Source of the DNA: Octopus sinensis | Lineage: Eukaryota | Reading direction: 5' to 3' | Assembly (NCBI RefSeq): GCF_006345805.1 | Contig: NC_042997.1 | Coordinates: forward strand, 28,024,001-28,088,000 | Length of the DNA stretch: 64,000 bases | Shown: positions 13,533 through 26,101 of the stretch, in pieces | Position numbering within the stretch: the first letter of the stretch is position 1 | Layout of the letters: every line of letters begins with the position of its first letter | Notes under the pieces: model-generated | Database searches by the model: none | What the model was told of the DNA's origin: nothing | Seen by the model: the letters and a program-made list of their open reading frames with translations, nothing else | Translations under genes and position numbers: made by a program

Positions 13533-15515
13533 GCCTGTGTGTGTGTGTTCTTATATGAGTAACTATGACGGTCATTTTGTAGTTATGTGTTCATGTATTC
13601 GATCCTACAGCGTAGCCGGAAGGTACTACGGAACGAGTTCAAGTAAGAAAGTAAGAAAGGGACTTAATTATGAAAGTTGATGAGAATCGCGAGTGATTTG
13701 TAGAATATAGTGAACAACTATATCATTAGAGATGGATTTTGCTATCTATGACGGCCTACTTGTGTGGTGTCAGCTTTAGGAAATACTGAACAGAAGTGGT
13801 TGCTGAATCGGAAAGGGAGACAGAGAGAGCTTCATCGTGGATATGGTAGAAGCATATGTAAGACATTTCAAAAGTGGATGCAAGGAAGAAATTGCCAATG
13901 AATATTAAAAGAAAGTAGTCGCTTCATGGCAAGGATGGTTACAGTTACACCCAATATAGTGTAGTAATTTCATGGACAACAAGGGAACTAGCATACTACA
14001 GTGTAGGGCAGAACAACCCTGGTAGTAATATTCGCTGGTAGTACTATTGCTGACATTACACACGGACACACCCACACTTGCATACAGGCGTACGTATATG
14101 CTTAGTACGTACATTCATGTGTGTGTGTGTGTTTCTGCGTGCGTATTGTTTGCTTTGTATATGATAACATTCATTCTCAAAGGATGATCAAACCATTTGG
14201 TGTATACTATTCAGAATATCAAATGTGAATGAAGCAAAGGTGAAATGTGAATGGAATCGATTAAAATCGTATCCAAAGCAAAGTCAAAATAAACCGAAAG
14301 AAGACAGCACACCCCTGCAATTAACGATTTACAACAGTTAATAATAGCTAAGGTGAAATAGTTTTAGACGATGAACATAAAATATTTTATGAATGGAATA
14401 ACAGCACAATAATTGATGCACAATAGGTGATGCCTAAGCACAATAGGGGATGCACGCGCTGTACAGGGATATACGCTTTTGTTAGAGATGAAGGAATATG
14501 TGGTAGGCGTTTAACATTTCTGTGAAAGCAAAGCGAACTCTTTTCTGAAGAACAGTTCAGTAATGGTGTCTTTTCAGAAAAATACGATAGTCCTTCAATG
14601 AATAATGACTGCAAGGGCTGCTATTGCCCTGATATGATTTAACTCTAACAACGCTCTATTCAAGAGGATAGGGTATTCGATTATCCTTTTAAGACCAAAT
14701 GTATGAAATGAAAGAAATTTGTTTTTGTGGTATGTTTAATGAAATATCCGTGTGTAAATGAAATCGGGATTTAAATGGGTTTGTGGTTAAAGCGTTTTGT
14801 TTCAATCCTATTAGAAGTGAAATATCGGTACGCAATATTCTTAGGCATGTAGATTTTCGAAGACAGTTGCACAGGCAGGCGTTTTCACAGTTAATGGGTT
14901 TGCTTGCTAAGTTTAAACGTTTGATGCTAAGCAAGTTACGATCAAAGATCAGTGGAATTTCAACAGTAGTAGGTTATAAGGGTGTTGTAGCAGGGAAGAT
15001 CAATACTGTTCTCTGATTAGCTGTCCGCGAGTGAATTTAACGAAAGGTAGGTGGAATGTTAAGAGCAGTGTGTGACCGTTCTACATATAGACCTGTAAGT
15101 AGGAGAGCGACAGTTAGAGAGGCGCTTGTCCTGAGTTTTCAAGGTGACATTGAATCTGTGGATCTTATGTGGCACTAAAATGTAAACATGTCTCAGGAGA
15201 ATGGTATCATGTTAATTTATTATTTGTAATGTATACATTTATTTTTTGTGATAGTATTTTATCTGCTCCAATCTCCATATATCCCGCAATTTTATGTATC
15301 TTTGATTGCCGCTCTCAACCTTTGCCACATGGCTGGATAAAATATGCTGGAGGATTACTTCCGTCTCTACATGTACTGAGAACCTAGAGCAAGCAACTTT
15401 ATCTTATTCTCTTTTGGAGTTAATAAAATAAAGTTTCTCGAGTCAGTGGAACGCATCGACGTATTTCATAAAATCCATCTACAAATTGCTGGACATCCTT
15501 TTGCCTTAATTCGAA

Positions 15516-15547
<32 letters not shown>

Positions 15548-15689
15548 AATAATGATGATAATATGCGTATGACATGGTTCCCCCACCTCATTCCTGGATT
15601 TTGGAAAGTACAGGTGTCTGATAACATATCAAGTTTAATTGGGAGACCAATGAAACACCGGACTACAGAGGTAACTTGATGTGGAAAAT

Positions 15690-16290
15690 GTTTGGTGAGG
15701 GTTAACAACAGGAGAGGCATATTTGAAGGGGATAGCCTATCAACATTGCTGCCTGTAATTTGTATGATGCTCCTCACACGGATACTACGGAAAGTGATAT
15801 CGAGATACACCTTGAAAAGGGGAGGAAAATTAAATCATCTGTTATATCTGGATGATTTAAAGATCATTGGGAAGACCGAACGTGAAATAAATGGCCTAGT
15901 TTCAACAGTGCAGATATTCAGTAAGGATATTGGAATGGAATTTGGAACTAAAAAGTGGGGTATGCTGATAATACAAAAAAGGCATAAACGCAAAGTAATG
16001 TCGCCTAAAGGTGTAGAGTACGGAATGGGGAGAAAATTAATGATCTTTAGACTAATGGATATTAATATCTGGAGATCTTGGAATACAACAAAATATAGGA
16101 AAGTGAAATGAAAGAAAGCTTTAGGTGAGAATATCTCAGAAAAAAAACAAATTATTATGGGAAGTAGACTCAATGGAAAAAACAAACAAGTTTAGGAGAA
16201 TGAACACATAGCTTTTTTCTTAAATGAGATACGGTGCAGGTGTTGTTAAGTTCATAAAGAATGAGCTTGAGGAAATGGATAGGAAAACCT
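15690..16290 (+). mobile_element. RLE-type (R4-like) LINE RT fragment, decayed
   Basis: ORF 15692-16111: RGIFEGDSLS...NHLLYLDDLKII...DIGMEFGTKKWG, homologous to the RT at 16538. Confidence 0.75.
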
Positions 16291-16460
16291 GCAAGGTCAT
16301 GCGCTATTTCTCTTGATATAAGATTACCATGTTGCGCACATGTGGATGTGATGTATGTGTCTGGTGTACCTTTATCAGACGAGTAGTAAGGATGGGTGTA
16401 TTGGGCTTCGTGTAATTGTACCCCAGTGTCCCTTTGATGGCATGCACTGCTCTCTCACAC

Positions 16461-16523
<63 letters not shown>

Positions 16524-16530
<7 letters not shown>

Positions 16531-18354
16531 GGGACTCATGAAAACCAAAGACATCCCCATTAGAAGAGGAATATTCCAGGGAGACACGCTCTCTCCACTC
16601 CTTTTCTGCTTGGCACTGTCACCTCTATCTGATATGCTAAATAGAACTGGATGCGGATATAAATGTTACGGCAAAACGATCAGCCACCTTTTATATATGG
16701 ATGACCTAAAACTATACGCTGCAAATGACAAACAGCTGGAAACACTATTAAAGACAGTTAATGGATTTACCAAAGAAATAGATGTGAAATCTGGATTAGA
16801 AAAATGCGCCAAAGTAACCATGAAAAGAGGAAAACTAGTTAAGAGTAACAACATCACACTAGATAAAACCAATGAAATAAAAGAATTAGACCAAAGCCAA
16901 ACTTACAAATACTTAGGAATCCATGAACTAGATGAGACACAACACACACAAATGAAAGAGAAAATAAAAAAAGAATATTATAGACGAGTTAGATCAATAC
17001 TAAACACAGAGCTCAATGCTAAAAACAAGATAATAGGTATCAACACTTTAGCTGTCCCAGTTATAAGTTACAGCTACAATATCCTTAACTGGACACGAAA
17101 TGAACTGACCAAAATAGATAGGAAAACAAGAAAAATAATGACAGGATCTAGGATGCATCACCCAAAATCTGACATAGAAAGACTATATATACAACGTATA
17201 GAAGGTGGTAGAGGCCTTATACAGCTGGAAAACTACTATAAAATAACCACCATAGGACTGCAAAAATATCTACTTCAGAAGGAAGGAAAACTGATCCAGA
17301 TAGCGGCAAAACACCAGCAAAACAAAAAAACTGTTCTCAGTATTTAAGGAAGCTGACAAATACAAACAAGAAATCATACCACCTAATAAACACAAAGAAG
17401 AAGAAGAAGAAGATGATGAAGAAATAACAAAAGCTATAAAACAAATGAAATCCAAACTAAAAATAGAACAGCAACGAACCATGATAAAACGATGGCAAGA
17501 AAAGCCCCTTCGTGGTAAATACTGCACTAAACTAAACGCAAAAGAAATAGACAAAGAAAAATCCCAGCAATGGTTGAGAAGCTCAGGACTAAAAGCAGAA
17601 ACAGAGGGATTTTTAATTGCAGCACAAGACCAAAGCCTCCCCACCAGAAATTACCAAAAACATGTAATGAAAAGAAATATTACAAGTAACTGCAGAATAT
17701 GTGGAGATGGACAAGAAACAATAAATCATATTATCTCTAGCTGCCCAGTCCTGGCTAAGAAGGAATATATTCACAGACATGACAGAGTTGGAACCTACAT
17801 ACATTGGAAGCTATGCCAACATTATGGAATAACAACAGAAAAAAGATGGTATAGGCACACACCAGAAAAGGTCACAGAAAACGAGAAAGCAACCATACTC
17901 TGGGATATGCCGATACACACAGATAGAGAAATTAAGGCCAACAGACCAGATATAGTTGTCAGAGATCATGAAGAAAAAAAATGCTTTCTAATTGATGTAT
18001 CAATACCGGCTGATGACAACGTGTGTCTAAAAGAAATGGAGAAACTCTCAAAATACAAAGACCTGGAAATAGAGGTAACTAGAATATGGAATCTGAAAAC
18101 AGAAACAATTCCTATCATAGTAGGTGCATTAGGCATGATTAAAAAATATTCAGACAAATACATAACAAAAACAGCAGGACTTACAAACACATATAACATA
18201 CAGAAAATTGCACTACTAGGCACTGCACACATCCTACGCAGAACACTTTCCATACAATAACCATCAGAGCATCACAACAAATCACAGCACATACCCAAGG
18301 CACACAGAGCTGCGCTCGGTAGTGAAGTGAAAGCACGCTATAAAAATAAAACTA

Positions 18355-18357
<3 letters not shown>
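16524..18357 (+). mobile_element. 5'-truncated R4/Dong-like non-LTR retrotransposon
   Basis: RT motifs IFQGDTLSPLLF and YMDDLKLY, zinc finger CRICG..ETINHIISSC, restriction-like endonuclease RPDIVV...IDVSIP...EKLSKY, short 3' UTR; (AAT)n on both flanks. Confidence 0.92.
16538..18260 (+). pseudogene. RT + CCHC + RLE polyprotein remnant, split by one frameshift (ORFs 16538-17347 and 17445-18260)
   Basis: Two long ORFs (269 and 271 aa) form one continuous RLE-LINE protein; frame break near the A-run at ~17321-17330. Confidence 0.85.
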
Positions 18358-18408
<51 letters not shown>

Positions 18409-18419
18409 GATAATAATAA

Positions 18420-18450
<31 letters not shown>

Positions 18451-18469
18451 TCATGTTGTGGTTAGATTT

Positions 18470-19045
18470 GTTTGGAATTGCGAGAAACGTAACGTGTTTC
18501 CTGAAGAGAAGTATGGTGGGATGGAAAACTGAACTGACATCTTTCGGAAAAAGCCTGGGCACCCTGGGTATCAGAAGAGGGTATCTTCCAGGGTAATAAC
18601 ATATCTTTGTTGCTTTTTGTTCTCTACATGATACCCCTGACCTTGGTACTTAGGAAAAGGAATTTGAGTTTCTAACTAAAGGACAAATCCTAAACAATCA
18701 ACCACTTCCTCTTTATGGATGAGTTGAAACTGTATGATAAAGATGAGACTGAAGTGAGTTCCTTACTGAATACGGTCCACTGATTTAGTATTGATATTAG
18801 AATGGAATTTGGACTCGAGAAGTGTGGAATAATCTAACTAAAAAGAGGTAAGGAACATTCCCTAGCAGGGATAGAATTACCGAATAGAAACTTGATTACA
18901 CAAATTGAAAAGAATGATGGAAATACATTGGTGTACTGGAGTTCAACGAGATAATGGAAAAGGAAATGAAAGAGCAACTGAGGATGAAGTATGTCCGAAG
19001 ATTGAGGTTGGTCTTGTGCTCAAAATTGACCGGATGGAATAAAAC
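18470..19045 (+). mobile_element. RLE-type LINE RT fragment, decayed
   Basis: Broken frames give EGIFQG, NHFLFMDELKLYDK and MEFGLEKCG; lies directly after an (AAT)n/(GAT)n tract. Confidence 0.7.
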
Positions 19046-19559
19046 GCAAGCTGTTAATACATGAAATAGAATCTGTTAAAGTGAAATAAAACCAACAAGA
19101 AACGAAATACTCACAAGTCATACCTCACCCTCTTATATAGAAAAATACATTGGATAATATTGCATAGCGTGGATTTTGCTCAATCTCTTATCAAACGGAG
19201 AGTCATCACTGGAATACATTTTGATTATAGCATTACTGTATTTTAGCTCCATATAGACTAAAAAACAATAAACAGCAGTTCTATATAGAAAATAAGAACT
19301 CGCAAAATTAGAATTGAAAGCAAAGGTAAAATATTTGCTGTTCCATACTCTACTAGACCGGATAACCACTATAAAATCGGTCAATTTTCTACAGGGGCAA
19401 ATAAAAGCACTGTCAAATCATAACTTACGCTTCATAGTGCAAGGGATAAAGCTGCTTACCAATTACTTTGGATTATCTAAAGCTTACGAAAGCAAGTAAT
19501 TATTAGTCTTCACTGCGTAGAAAAGTTTCATAAATTCCAATCTTAAATGTCGATTATAT

Positions 19560-19700
19560 CAACTCAAGTACTCAACTCGTACTCATTTTATTGAACCTGA
19601 GAAGATAGAAGGCAAAGGCGACCTCAGCGGATTTTCAACTCAACGTAAAGACGGACGAAATGCCAATAAGCATTTTGTACGGCCCGGTACAGATTCTGCT
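19560..19700 (-). mobile_element. SINE family C fragment
   Basis: GTACTCATTTTATTGAACCTGAGAAGATAGAAGGCAAAGGCGACC matches the same motif at 51020-51070; also seen at ~20450-20530 in the opposite orientation. Confidence 0.6.
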
Positions 19701-20049
19701 ACTGATGAGACGAGGCACGTCGAGATCACGTGATTTAGATGCTTCGGCGCCCATAAAAGACGAATTCCATCTGCCAGCGATCTAAGTATGTGTGCTTTTA
19801 CGCACCACGCTTCTATATGGGAGACGCTGTCGGGGTAAATAACGCAGTAGAGGGCGCTCTAAAACTACATCCACGACATGTTGGCTATAAAGACGGTCTG
19901 TCAATATTTGCCATTGGAGATTACATTTTCTCCATTGATAGCAAATTCCATGTTTTGGTTCCTAGGTTCACTGTCCTGTTGACGATGCAAAAGCTGTAAG
20001 TTACAAATGGAACTGTCGGTGTCTTAGTGGCTTCAGATTTGTCAGAAAT

Positions 20050-22300
20050 ATGAGCAGCTATCTCACTCTTCGGTCATATTCTTTACTACTTTTCTTCTTT
20101 TGTTGAGACGTGTCGTATAACGTTTCCATTATAGACTCCAAAATATAGGCTGATTTTCCACGTTTTAATGTGACATTTATATTTACACATTTATGTCAGC
20201 CAAACTCTGTACGAGTGTCATCACTGAAGATCTTTACTATGTTATGGAGTCCAGTCTATTGATTGTCATTTTTAGTGAAGGTTTTGAGATCGTCCATTTA
20301 AACGATATAGTTCTCACTTCACTGCTTGTTAACAATAGACACTTTTGTTCAGAAGAGTACTAAAGAGGCCAAGTGCATTGCAGAATAACAAATGTGATAG
20401 CCATCTCTCCTGAATTGTTCAACTTTTAAAATATTTATGGGTCTTACGTCGGTGAGGTGGCATAATCGTTAGCAGGTCGAACGAAATGATTAGAGGTATT
20501 TCTTTTACCTTCACATTCTGAGTGTTGAAGTTTGCGTTCATCCATTCGCGATCGATAGGTTAAAGTACCATTCAAATACTGGGGGCGAAGTAATGGACAT
20601 GTCTTTTCCCTCAAAATTGCAGACCTTGTACAAAAATTGAAAAGGAATATTTACAGATCTTGATGTCTGCCTAGATTTTTCAAGGCTCAGCTGGTGGGGG
20701 GGGGGTACATTCTTTCTTGTCGATTTTCATGAAGTTATTGATGATTGGTTTGATCTTTGCAATTCTGGTATATGGTTCACTGACAAAAGATTTCTTGTAG
20801 TCCACCCATATTCTGGTGAGGTTCTTCACTTCTTTCAGTATGGCTTAGTTGATAAGCATCTGATCTTTACAAGCACAACTTCTTTTTCGGCATCCCTTTC
20901 ATTCATAGGTTGTCTTTATTTTTCAATAAATAGACAGCTGTATCATGTAAGTAGTAGGGCAGCTGGTAATAGGCTTGTAATTTTGGTGGTTTGTATTCTT
21001 TTCTTTCTTTGGGAGGAGGTGTGTTATACCTTCTGTAAGCCATTTGTGACATATATCTGTGCCTTTCAGGATGGTGTTGTATGCCAATGATAGCTAGATT
21101 CATAATTCAAAAACTGGGAATCTCTTAACATCCCACTACTTGTTCTATTGATAGCATATGTAGTTTCCTTCAGTATTATGTTAGTCGGGGTTTGGGTTTC
21201 AACTTCCAAATTAAACTTTTGTTCTTGGATCCAGTTTGTATCCTTATTATAGGTTTTGTTTTCTTAGATGTTACTGTAGAAGGTTTCCAGTTCAGTGGTT
21301 TGCTTGCATCTATTCCCCACCCCCGTTCTCTGTTACATTCTCTTTGAAGGTTTTGTTTGCCTGTAGCTTTTGTTCCATTTGTTCATACGTCTGAGCCTTT
21401 GTGCCTTGGACTATATTTATTGGTTTAAGGGTCGTTTTGCTGTAGTGCGGTTATTCCTTTCTTTTATATTGTATTTCTTTTTTTCTGGCTTTTCCATTTA
21501 GCGGTTTTAATAATGGTTCCCGTTTTTACTTTTGTCATCAACAATAACAGTAAAATAACATTTTGGATATCTTTTTCGATTTTGTGTTTCCATCAATACA
21601 TTTTCTAGTATTTCTTCAAATGCCTTTTGATTTTTTTTACGATCAGTTTTCCCATAACATTTCCGATGTATACATTAATTCGTTTATTTCAATAATGAAC
21701 TGTGGCCTTGCTATATCCTTGTGGAATTTGTTAACAACCTTCATTATTGAGTCAGTTGTTACTATCATGAGACAATATTTCTTTAAATGTTTGTTATGCA
21801 GTGGTGTTCCCTTGAGCATCTCACTCGTTCATGTTTTCGTCTTCTGGAGCCTTTCCTAGATCACTAAAAGTATTTTCATTTATAGTTTTTCTTCATATCT
21901 TTCATTGTCATGGTTTTCATTCTCTTGGTGGTTCGTTAGAAGTTGTCTAGATTCTCTTACTTTTTCTTTGGTATTGCACTTGGGTGTCACTCACACCATA
22001 TTCTGTAAATACTTTAGGAATTAGATTTGATGGTTTTCTTATGGCAAAGTAGAACACGTCCATTACTTTTCTTCCCTAATACTATTCTTCTCTAATCCGT
22101 TTTAGCCAAGCTGTGACGATGTATTATGTTGAGGACCACATTGAGTTTTGACTTTGATGTATTGTTTTTCTGGTATGCATGGGGTAGAGATTTTTCACCT
22201 CTCAAACCATGCGACCATTGTTTATCTGCAGGACTGCCGATGCGGCTACACGTTCATGTAACTTGTTTATTCATGTTTGCTTTCAAACTTTTCTGTTAGC
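20050..22300 (-). mobile_element. Decayed R4-like LINE, 5'/central part, interrupted by a SINE fragment at ~20440-20700
   Basis: Minus strand gives MDDLKTFTKNDNQ...IVKIFSDD...EFG...KC...LKRGK at 20150-20330, and upstream ORF remnants to ~22200; begins right after the (AAT)n array. Confidence 0.65.
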
Positions 22301-22304
22301 TGTC

Positions 22305-22308
22305 ATGA

Positions 22309-22374
<66 letters not shown>

Positions 22375-22417
22375 CATCATCAATGTCATTATCAGTATCA
22401 TTCCATTATTATTATTA

Positions 22418-22488
<71 letters not shown>

Positions 22489-22518
22489 CATCATCAATGT
22501 CATTATCAGTATCATTTC

Positions 22519-22602
<84 letters not shown>

Positions 22603-22645
22603 CATCATCAATGTCATTATCAGTATCATTCCATTATTATTATTA

Positions 22646-22703
<58 letters not shown>

Positions 22704-22750
22704 CATCATCAATGTCATTATCAGTATCATTTCCATTATTATTATTATTA

Positions 22751-22833
<83 letters not shown>
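22305..22833. repeat. Compound (TTA)n microsatellite with a four-copy higher-order unit
   Basis: Spacer ATCATCATCAATGTCATTATCAGTATCATT(T)CC recurs four times (~22373, 22489, 22601, 22703) between TTA runs. Confidence 0.9.
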
Positions 22834-22838
<5 letters not shown>

Positions 22839-23172
22839 TAGTTTTATTTTTATAGCGTGCTTTCACTTCACTACGAGCGCAGCTCTGTGTGCCTTGGGTA
22901 TGTGCTGTGATTTGTTGTGATGCTCTAATGGTTATTGTATGGAAAGTGTTCTGCGTAGGATGTGCACAGTGCCAAGTAGTGCAATTTTCTGTATGTTATA
23001 TGTGTTTTTAACTCCTGGTGTCTTTGTTATGTATTTGTCTGAATATTTTTTTATCATGCCTAATGCACCTACTATGATAGGAATTGTTTCTGTTTTTAGA
23101 TTCCACATTCTGGTTACCTCTATTTCCAGGTCTTTGTATTTTGAGAGTTTCTTCATTTCTTTTAGAGACACG

Positions 23173-23176
<4 letters not shown>
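22834..23176 (-). mobile_element. 3' end of the same R4/Dong-like family as 16524-18357
   Basis: Near-identical reverse complement of ~18015-18360 (EMKKLSKYKDLEIEV...LLGTVHILRRTLSIQ* plus 3' UTR); (TTA)n on both sides. Confidence 0.92.
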
Positions 23177-23220
<44 letters not shown>

Positions 23221-24074
23221 TATTATTATTATTGTTATTGTTGTTGTTGTTTTTGTTATTATTATTATTATTTTTATTATTGTTATTGTTGTTGTTGTTG
23301 TTGTTGTTGTTATTATTATTATATTATTATTATTATTATTATTATTATTTCCTTCGACTCCATTAATTAATTCTTCCAGTAAAAATCCAAATGGACTGAT
23401 TTGTTTATTCTATTCTATTTTAATGAAAGCGAATAATCCATCTGTAACGATAAATTTCGCAACCCTTTGGCCTAGGTTTTTAAATCCAATTATTTTCGTT
23501 TCCACTTTTGATACAGCAGCATAAATAGCATTAAAATAATGGTCTGAAAAATAGAGAGATTGCCGATAGTGATCATAAATTTTGCGATATCGTTCAGACA
23601 CTGTAAACAAACTATTCAATTTTGTTTTTGTATTATTAAATAATTGTAATCCATAAACATGTCAAAATATTTCAGAAATATTTCCTTTTTGTTGGAGACC
23701 TACGAAATGAATTGACAACTGTTCGCACCTTCGAAACAAGATTGTTAATGCTTAAATCTTATGCAGTGTTTGAATCTTCTGCAGTAAGAATTTTATTAGT
23801 TTGTTGTACTGACGTTTATTTTAACTATATTCGCAGATCTATCTTATCTATCTCTCACAATGGACGGACGCTAGTCATATCGGCTCCACGTAAGTTGGCC
23901 ACTTTTACATGTTTAAAACTCCTTGTTGTCAAATATTTTGTTTTAATCGTTGTGCAAGTTCATTCACTAAAAAACCTGAGAATTATTCACGTAGAATTCC
24001 GCCCCTGTATGGGCGAAATTACAAAAAAACTTTCAAAACTTTCGTGGGTTTTTTAGCCATTTTTCATTTTGAAA

Positions 24075-26070
24075 ATGGCAACTAGAAACCACGTGGCTAG
24101 CCCGCCAGTCATGCAGAACGGTAGCAAAAACACTATGCTACCACTAGCTGCTAAACATCGCAGCGTGAACACCGCTGTCACCACCATCACCACCACCAAC
24201 AACAACAACAACAAATCTAACGTTGCATTCACCATCGCCGCGACCAAAGACATTAACTTAGATTCCCCTCACTCCCCACACCACTTGTTGATGATAAAGG
24301 GACAGAGAAAGGGATTTCAAAAATGAATACAAACGAAAACATGAATGCCAGCACCACCACCATCACCACCAACAACAACAACGAAATTGGCACAAAGCCG
24401 CTACCAAAGACAACACCGCCAACACCAACACCACTACTACGACGTCAAATGCTACATCCAAGCCTTCTACTGCTAATACCGCCAACACCAACACCACTAC
24501 CGTGACTTCAATTAACACTGCCACAATTAACACTTCTACTGCCATATTCAAAACGAATTTTGCGGACGTAACAAAACAAAAAAGAACAATTGTAACATTC
24601 ACCACACAAGAGATAAACCGCACAAAGGCACTCTTCTCCAAAGAAGGAGACAAATTGCACCTTCACATTCCACAACACATCGTGGAAAACACACACAAAA
24701 AAAAACAATAATTTATAAAGTAATAAACAAAAAAACAAGAAGAACAGAAAATGCACCGCAGGAAAAAATCGAAAAATGCCTTCGTCCTGTATGGGACTCC
24801 AAGGAATATATCAGTTGGGGAAACAAATTTGGTACAGTCCAAGTACGTTTCCTCAACGAAAGTTTAGCAAAACGTTTTTCCACATTGGAGCTACATTCGG
24901 ACGACTTGGTAATGATACCAGTCTATTTAAACAAAAGGGTCACGAAAGTCCAAATAAAAAACATACCATTTGATGTCGAAACACAATGGTTGGTCTCTGC
25001 CATCTGCTTTGAAATGTCAGAGACAATGTCAGAGACAAACATCCTGGAAATCGCGGTTCTAGGAGAGAAAGACTATGTGGGCAAATCAATCGAATTCCTG
25101 CTTGGATTGGAAGCAGAAGCAGCAAGAGAGAAGATACCCACCGCTATAGAACTGCCAGGAGGCTACAAACTCTATATAGTGGTAGAGGGCAGGCGACCAC
25201 GCTGCTATTTGTGTGGAAGCGAAACACACTTGAAAAAGACGTGCCCAACCACTGCACACCAAGAGCAACAACAACCACTACCACAACCAAAGCACTCCGG
25301 AAAAAAAAGCTCTACTACCCACACCACCATCAACACAGAAGACGACAAGAGAAGCACACCAAGCTAATCCGTCATCAACCAAAAACCACTCAACACCTGA
25401 AAAAATACCAACACCACCAACAACAGCAAAACCCAAAGGAACAGAAAAACAAAGAAAACACACAAACTGATCCCCCATCCCTTATACCGCACTCAACACA
25501 CACAAACACTCAACAACCAACAACAACGAAAACAACACAACCACTTACACAGACATACATAGAAGCCACAAACATACCCCTACCCCCTTCTGATTCCTCA
25601 GAAATTTCGTCGGAAGACGAAACCAGTGAGGAATGGCAAATAGCTACAAAAAGAAGGAAAATAAAGAGCAGAAACACAACCAAACCAAATGCAAACACGA
25701 ACAAAGCAGGGGGAAATACATCTCCCGAAGACATTTCAAAAACCAACGCAAACAACAGCCACCCCAACACCACAAAAACATATACAGCAAACATGCTCAC
25801 AGCCATAGACACCAAAAACACAAATTGATGGAATACATCCAATCAAAAACAAACATAACAGAAGATGACATAAAAACAAACAATCACCCATACACAACAC
25901 CACCAGACCACATCAAAATATTACACATCTCCAAAAGTCTGCACCACACACTCAAAGGCATTTTCCCCAGTGCGGTTGGTAAATGCCAAAAATATCTCAC
26001 AAAGAAACTGTACTGGGATCTTCTCGAGGACAAACCAACGGAGGAGAAAGCAAAAACTTTCGAGCAGTAA
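24075..26070 (+). pseudogene. LINE ORF1 (Gag-like), fragmented
   Basis: Low-complexity Thr/Pro/Asn N-terminus; CYLCGSETHLKKTC (CX2CX4HX4C) in ORF 24885-25367; several frameshifts. Confidence 0.75.
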
Positions 26071-26101
26071 GTAACCCTCTGTATTCTAATTCATTAGAAC
26101 T

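Noticed and set aside
13580-15450. Coding-like decayed segments at 13.6-14.1 kb and 14.3-15.4 kb
   Set aside because: Probably old TE remnants, but there is no diagnostic motif I can name.
19114-19259. Minus-strand exon-like segment with TTTTTTAG acceptor and GTATGA/GTGAGT donors
   Set aside because: All three frames contain a stop before the donor and no protein family is recognisable.
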